From Candidatus Latescibacterota bacterium (GTDB taxonomy: Bacteria > Latescibacterota > UBA2968), in assembly GCA_038279365.1 (NCBI GenBank), contig JAYODI010000102.1, positions 1-18,165 on the forward strand: a DNA stretch of 18,165 bases. Direction: 5' to 3'. The notes beneath the pieces are model-generated. The model saw only the letters and a program-made list of their open reading frames with translations. It was not told the DNA's origin and ran no database searches. This document shows positions 15,870 through 18,165 of this stretch, in pieces. Each line of letters begins with the position of its first letter. Positions within the stretch are counted from its first letter, which is position 1. The translations under genes were made by a program, and so were the position numbers.

Positions 15870-15898
15870 ATAGTAATTGACGGCGTTTTATATTGCAA
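15870..15898 (-). promoter_or_regulatory. Sigma70-type promoter of the glycan-degradation operon
   Basis: -35 TTGCAA (15898-15893), 17-nt spacer, -10 TACTAT (15875-15870). Confidence 0.7.
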
Positions 15899-16027
15899 CT
15901 GTTCTTAAGAGGGATGTCTGAGAGATTATGGTTTTAGGGCATTGTTAGATAGGATCAGATTTTTATGGAAGATTTTTTGATGCGTGGTTTTTGGGTAAGA
16001 TGGGGTAAGCGGTTTATGAGGTAGATA

Positions 16028-16924
16028 TTATGCGGTGTATTTGTGATCTGCGAGGATAGCGTGGATGATGTTTTGGATGTCTGTTGGATCTACAGCTGGA
16101 CCGTTTATGTGTTGTGCCAGCGTGATTAAGGCTTTCCACAAAGCCCAACCACGTGCGCGTGCCCACATTGCATCGTTTGCCTGAATGGTTTTGCGAAAGG
16201 TTTCGCGGCTTTTTTCGGATAAAAATGTGTAGGCAATGGTGAGGTCACAGGCCGGATCGCCTACGGCAGAACTTCCAAAGTCGATAACGGCAGAGAGGTG
16301 ACCGTTGTGGACGAGCAGGTTTCCTGCACTGACATCACCATGGAGCCAGACGGGTGTGCCTTGATAGGTGGCATTGAGGGCGGTTTCCCAAACGGCGGTT
16401 GCTGTGTGGGTGTCTATTTGGCCGTGTAAGGCAGTGAGTGCGTTACGGGTTTCGGTGTCGTAAATGGTGAGTGGACCGCCGCGATAAAAATTGTGTGTGC
16501 CAGGTGGCGGACCGTCTGTGGGATCTGTTTTTTGGAGTTGAATGAGGAAGTGTGCCAGTGTGGTTGCAAACTGAGTGTGATCGGAAATGTTTTGGTGGGT
16601 GGGGTTTTCGCCATCGAGCCATTTGTAGATGGACCATGGATAGGGATAGGTTTGGGAAGGGGTGCCCATTGCGATTGGGGTGGGTATAGGAAGTGGTAAG
16701 TGAGGCGCGAGCTTGGGCAACCACGTTTGTTCTTTGGCCACTTGCTCAATGTAGGCTTTGGCACTGGGGAGACGTATGCTCATGGTTGTGCCGAGGTGAA
16801 ATGTTTTGTTGTCCCACCCACTTTTTGCAACGGGTTTGATGGGCAGGTGTGCCCACTGGGGAAATTGTGTGGCGACCAACTCGCTTACGAGTGATTGGGT
16901 AATGTTGAATTTTGCGTCTGACAT
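16028..16924 (-). CDS. Aminoglycoside phosphotransferase (APH/choline kinase-like) family protein
   Basis: SGWDNKTFHLG, KEQTWLPKLAP, Brenner motif WLHGDVSAGNLL, AVIDFG, GDPACDL, RARGWAL. Confidence 0.92.
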   Translation of the reverse strand: MSDAKFNITQSLVSELVATQFPQWAHLPIKPVAKSGWDNKTFHLGTTMSIRLPSAKAYIEQVAKEQTWLPKLAPHLPLPIPTPIAMGTPSQTYPYPWSIYKWLDGENPTHQNISDHTQFATTLAHFLIQLQKTDPTDGPPPGTHNFYRGGPLTIYDTETRNALTALHGQIDTHTATAVWETALNATYQGTPVWLHGDVSAGNLLVHNGHLSAVIDFGSSAVGDPACDLTIAYTFLSEKSRETFRKTIQANDAMWARARGWALWKALITLAQHINGPAVDPTDIQNIIHAILADHKYTA

Positions 16925-16927
16925 GGG

Positions 16928-17500
16928 TTATCGTTTTTCGAGTGAGATGTGTTTCAGCTCTCGGATGGGGGGCAAGGATAGGCTTATGGCTTGGTTTAAC
17001 ATGTTCCAACCGACTTGGCCATAGGGTTCGATGTGATGGCGTAGGTGTTCGACCATTGTGGTTGTGGCTGAACGTGCCTCGGTGGCTTCTTTGGGAGGAA
17101 TGAGACCTGCGTTACAGGCGTCGCTAAATTCGTCTTCGTCTTCAACGATAATGCGCCCATTGGAGAATGCAATGGGATCGAGTTCAAGGTCGGTGTAATG
17201 CCACTCATCATCAATGCGCGTGGGAGGTGTGCAGATGTCGATGGCGATATGGTCCACACACCAAGTGGCGATCCACCAGGCTTTGTTTGGGATGAGGTGC
17301 ATCACGTGGAGACCTGCGTCACGGTTGCCTTGCCCCACTTCACATTCGCCAATCACTGCCCCTTTTTGACTTCTAAAGAGGGTGCCTTTTGGGCTGTAGA
17401 GCCATTGGCCGTAACGATCTTTGTTGATGATGTAAGCAGACCAACGCGCGATGCCTTCGGGGCGTTTGATTTTGCGAATAATGGTTGTTGGGTAGGTCAT
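16928..17500 (-). CDS. DUF402 (FomD-like) domain protein
   Basis: DRYGQWL, IDICTPP, acidic motifs YTDLELD and VEDEDEF. Start set at ATG 17500 (190 aa); the longer call overlaps the DUF2442 gene. Confidence 0.72.
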   Translation of the reverse strand: MTYPTTIIRKIKRPEGIARWSAYIINKDRYGQWLYSPKGTLFRSQKGAVIGECEVGQGNRDAGLHVMHLIPNKAWWIATWCVDHIAIDICTPPTRIDDEWHYTDLELDPIAFSNGRIIVEDEDEFSDACNAGLIPPKEATEARSATTTMVEHLRHHIEPYGQVGWNMLNQAISLSLPPIRELKHISLEKR

Positions 17501-17526
17501 TGAGATTGAATCTCTGATTATTGTGG

Positions 17527-17772
17527 CTAAGCGTGTGTTGTCATGTTGCATTTGTTGTACACGAATTCTGGGTCGAGATCTACACCAGAATCCCATTCAA
17601 TTGTATCAAATGACACGCGAACACGTTTAAAATGTTCATAATCCGATATTTTTTGGAAAACACCAAAGCTGAGATGGGGTTTCATATCGAGAATACCTTC
17701 TTCACCATTGTCAAATATGATAGCAAGTGTGAAGTCTTCGTTGGGCGATACATTTTTTACTGATGGATACAT
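17527..17772 (-). CDS. DUF2442 domain protein (putative antitoxin)
   Basis: 81 aa. VKNVSPNEDFTLAIIFDNGEEGILDM...FKRVRVSFDTIEWDSGVDLDPEFVY. Strong SD AAGGAGG. Confidence 0.88.
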   Translation of the reverse strand: MYPSVKNVSPNEDFTLAIIFDNGEEGILDMKPHLSFGVFQKISDYEHFKRVRVSFDTIEWDSGVDLDPEFVYNKCNMTTHA

Positions 17773-17786
17773 GTTTCATATCCTCC

Positions 17787-18053
17787 TTATTGCAGTGGTT
17801 GAATTTTAAATGGATTTTCTCCATTCATAACCAAATCCCAATCTGCCATCAGTTCTTCTTGATGAAGCTCTGCCCAGGCCAGAGTTAATTTCTGTTGTTT
17901 ACGGGGCAGATTGCCTTCTATCATTTCACACGTGCGAATGTCTACAGTTGCTTTGTAATCATTGTAGTAGACGTGAAAATGTGGTGGATTGTGTTCTCCT
18001 GGCGCGAAATACATTCGAACTATGATGCCGTAAAACATAGATATGGTTGGCAT
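17787..18053 (-). CDS. DUF4160 domain protein (putative HicA-like toxin)
   Basis: MPTISMFYGIIVRMYF..EHNPPHFHVYY...WAELHQEELMADW...KIQPL. Start ATG 18053 after AGGGAG (88 aa). The pairing with DUF2442 is canonical. Confidence 0.9.
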   Translation of the reverse strand: MPTISMFYGIIVRMYFAPGEHNPPHFHVYYNDYKATVDIRTCEMIEGNLPRKQQKLTLAWAELHQEELMADWDLVMNGENPFKIQPLQ

Positions 18054-18165
18054 TGCATGCTCCCTGTGTTGCAAATATATCCGTTTTTTTATTCATGGGC
18101 TACTGCTAAACCTTGTTCAAGGCTTCCTGTAAATTACTTATTGATTATGCTTTTGTTACGTCGCG

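Noticed and set aside
15890-15955. Integron attC site (ATCTAAC on the minus strand after the APH gene) and a cassette-array reading of the co-oriented small genes
   Set aside because: No matching GTTRRRY core or L-box palindrome, no recurring attC in other gaps, and no integrase.
16028-16924. Calling the APH-family gene a true aminoglycoside resistance gene
   Set aside because: The motifs support only the broad kinase family; the substrate cannot be inferred.
3471-17503. Numerous short alternative-frame and antisense ORFs inside the main genes
   Set aside because: They are fully nested in well-supported CDSs, lack motifs, and are expected from the strand composition.
18111-18122. CCTTG-TT-CAAGG palindrome upstream of DUF4160 as a TA operator
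   Set aside because: Only 5-bp arms, and no convincing -10 element could be assigned.

Overview
Bacterial genomic DNA with about 17 genes, all on the minus strand. In transcription order (right to left) it holds four blocks. (1) A DUF4160/DUF2442 toxin-antitoxin-like pair, a DUF402 protein and an APH-family phosphotransferase. (2) A sigma70-type promoter with a LacI-type operator driving a glycan-catabolism operon: heparinase II/III-like protein, atypical GH26, PL8 lyase, sulfatase, metallophosphoesterase and a eukaryote-like serine dehydratase. (3) TspO, an RluA pseudouridine synthase, a signal-peptide-bearing PL22 lyase and higBA. (4) A detoxification-like operon (MFS transporter with a 1-nt frameshift, VOC protein, GNAT) ending in inverted octamer repeat arrays. 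The most striking unannotated element lies upstream of the MFS gene. It has a promoter, a 55-codon leader ORF absent from the ORF track, and mutually exclusive antiterminator/terminator hairpins, which is the layout of a ribosome-dependent transcription attenuator. All product calls come from motif recognition by eye; no searches were run.
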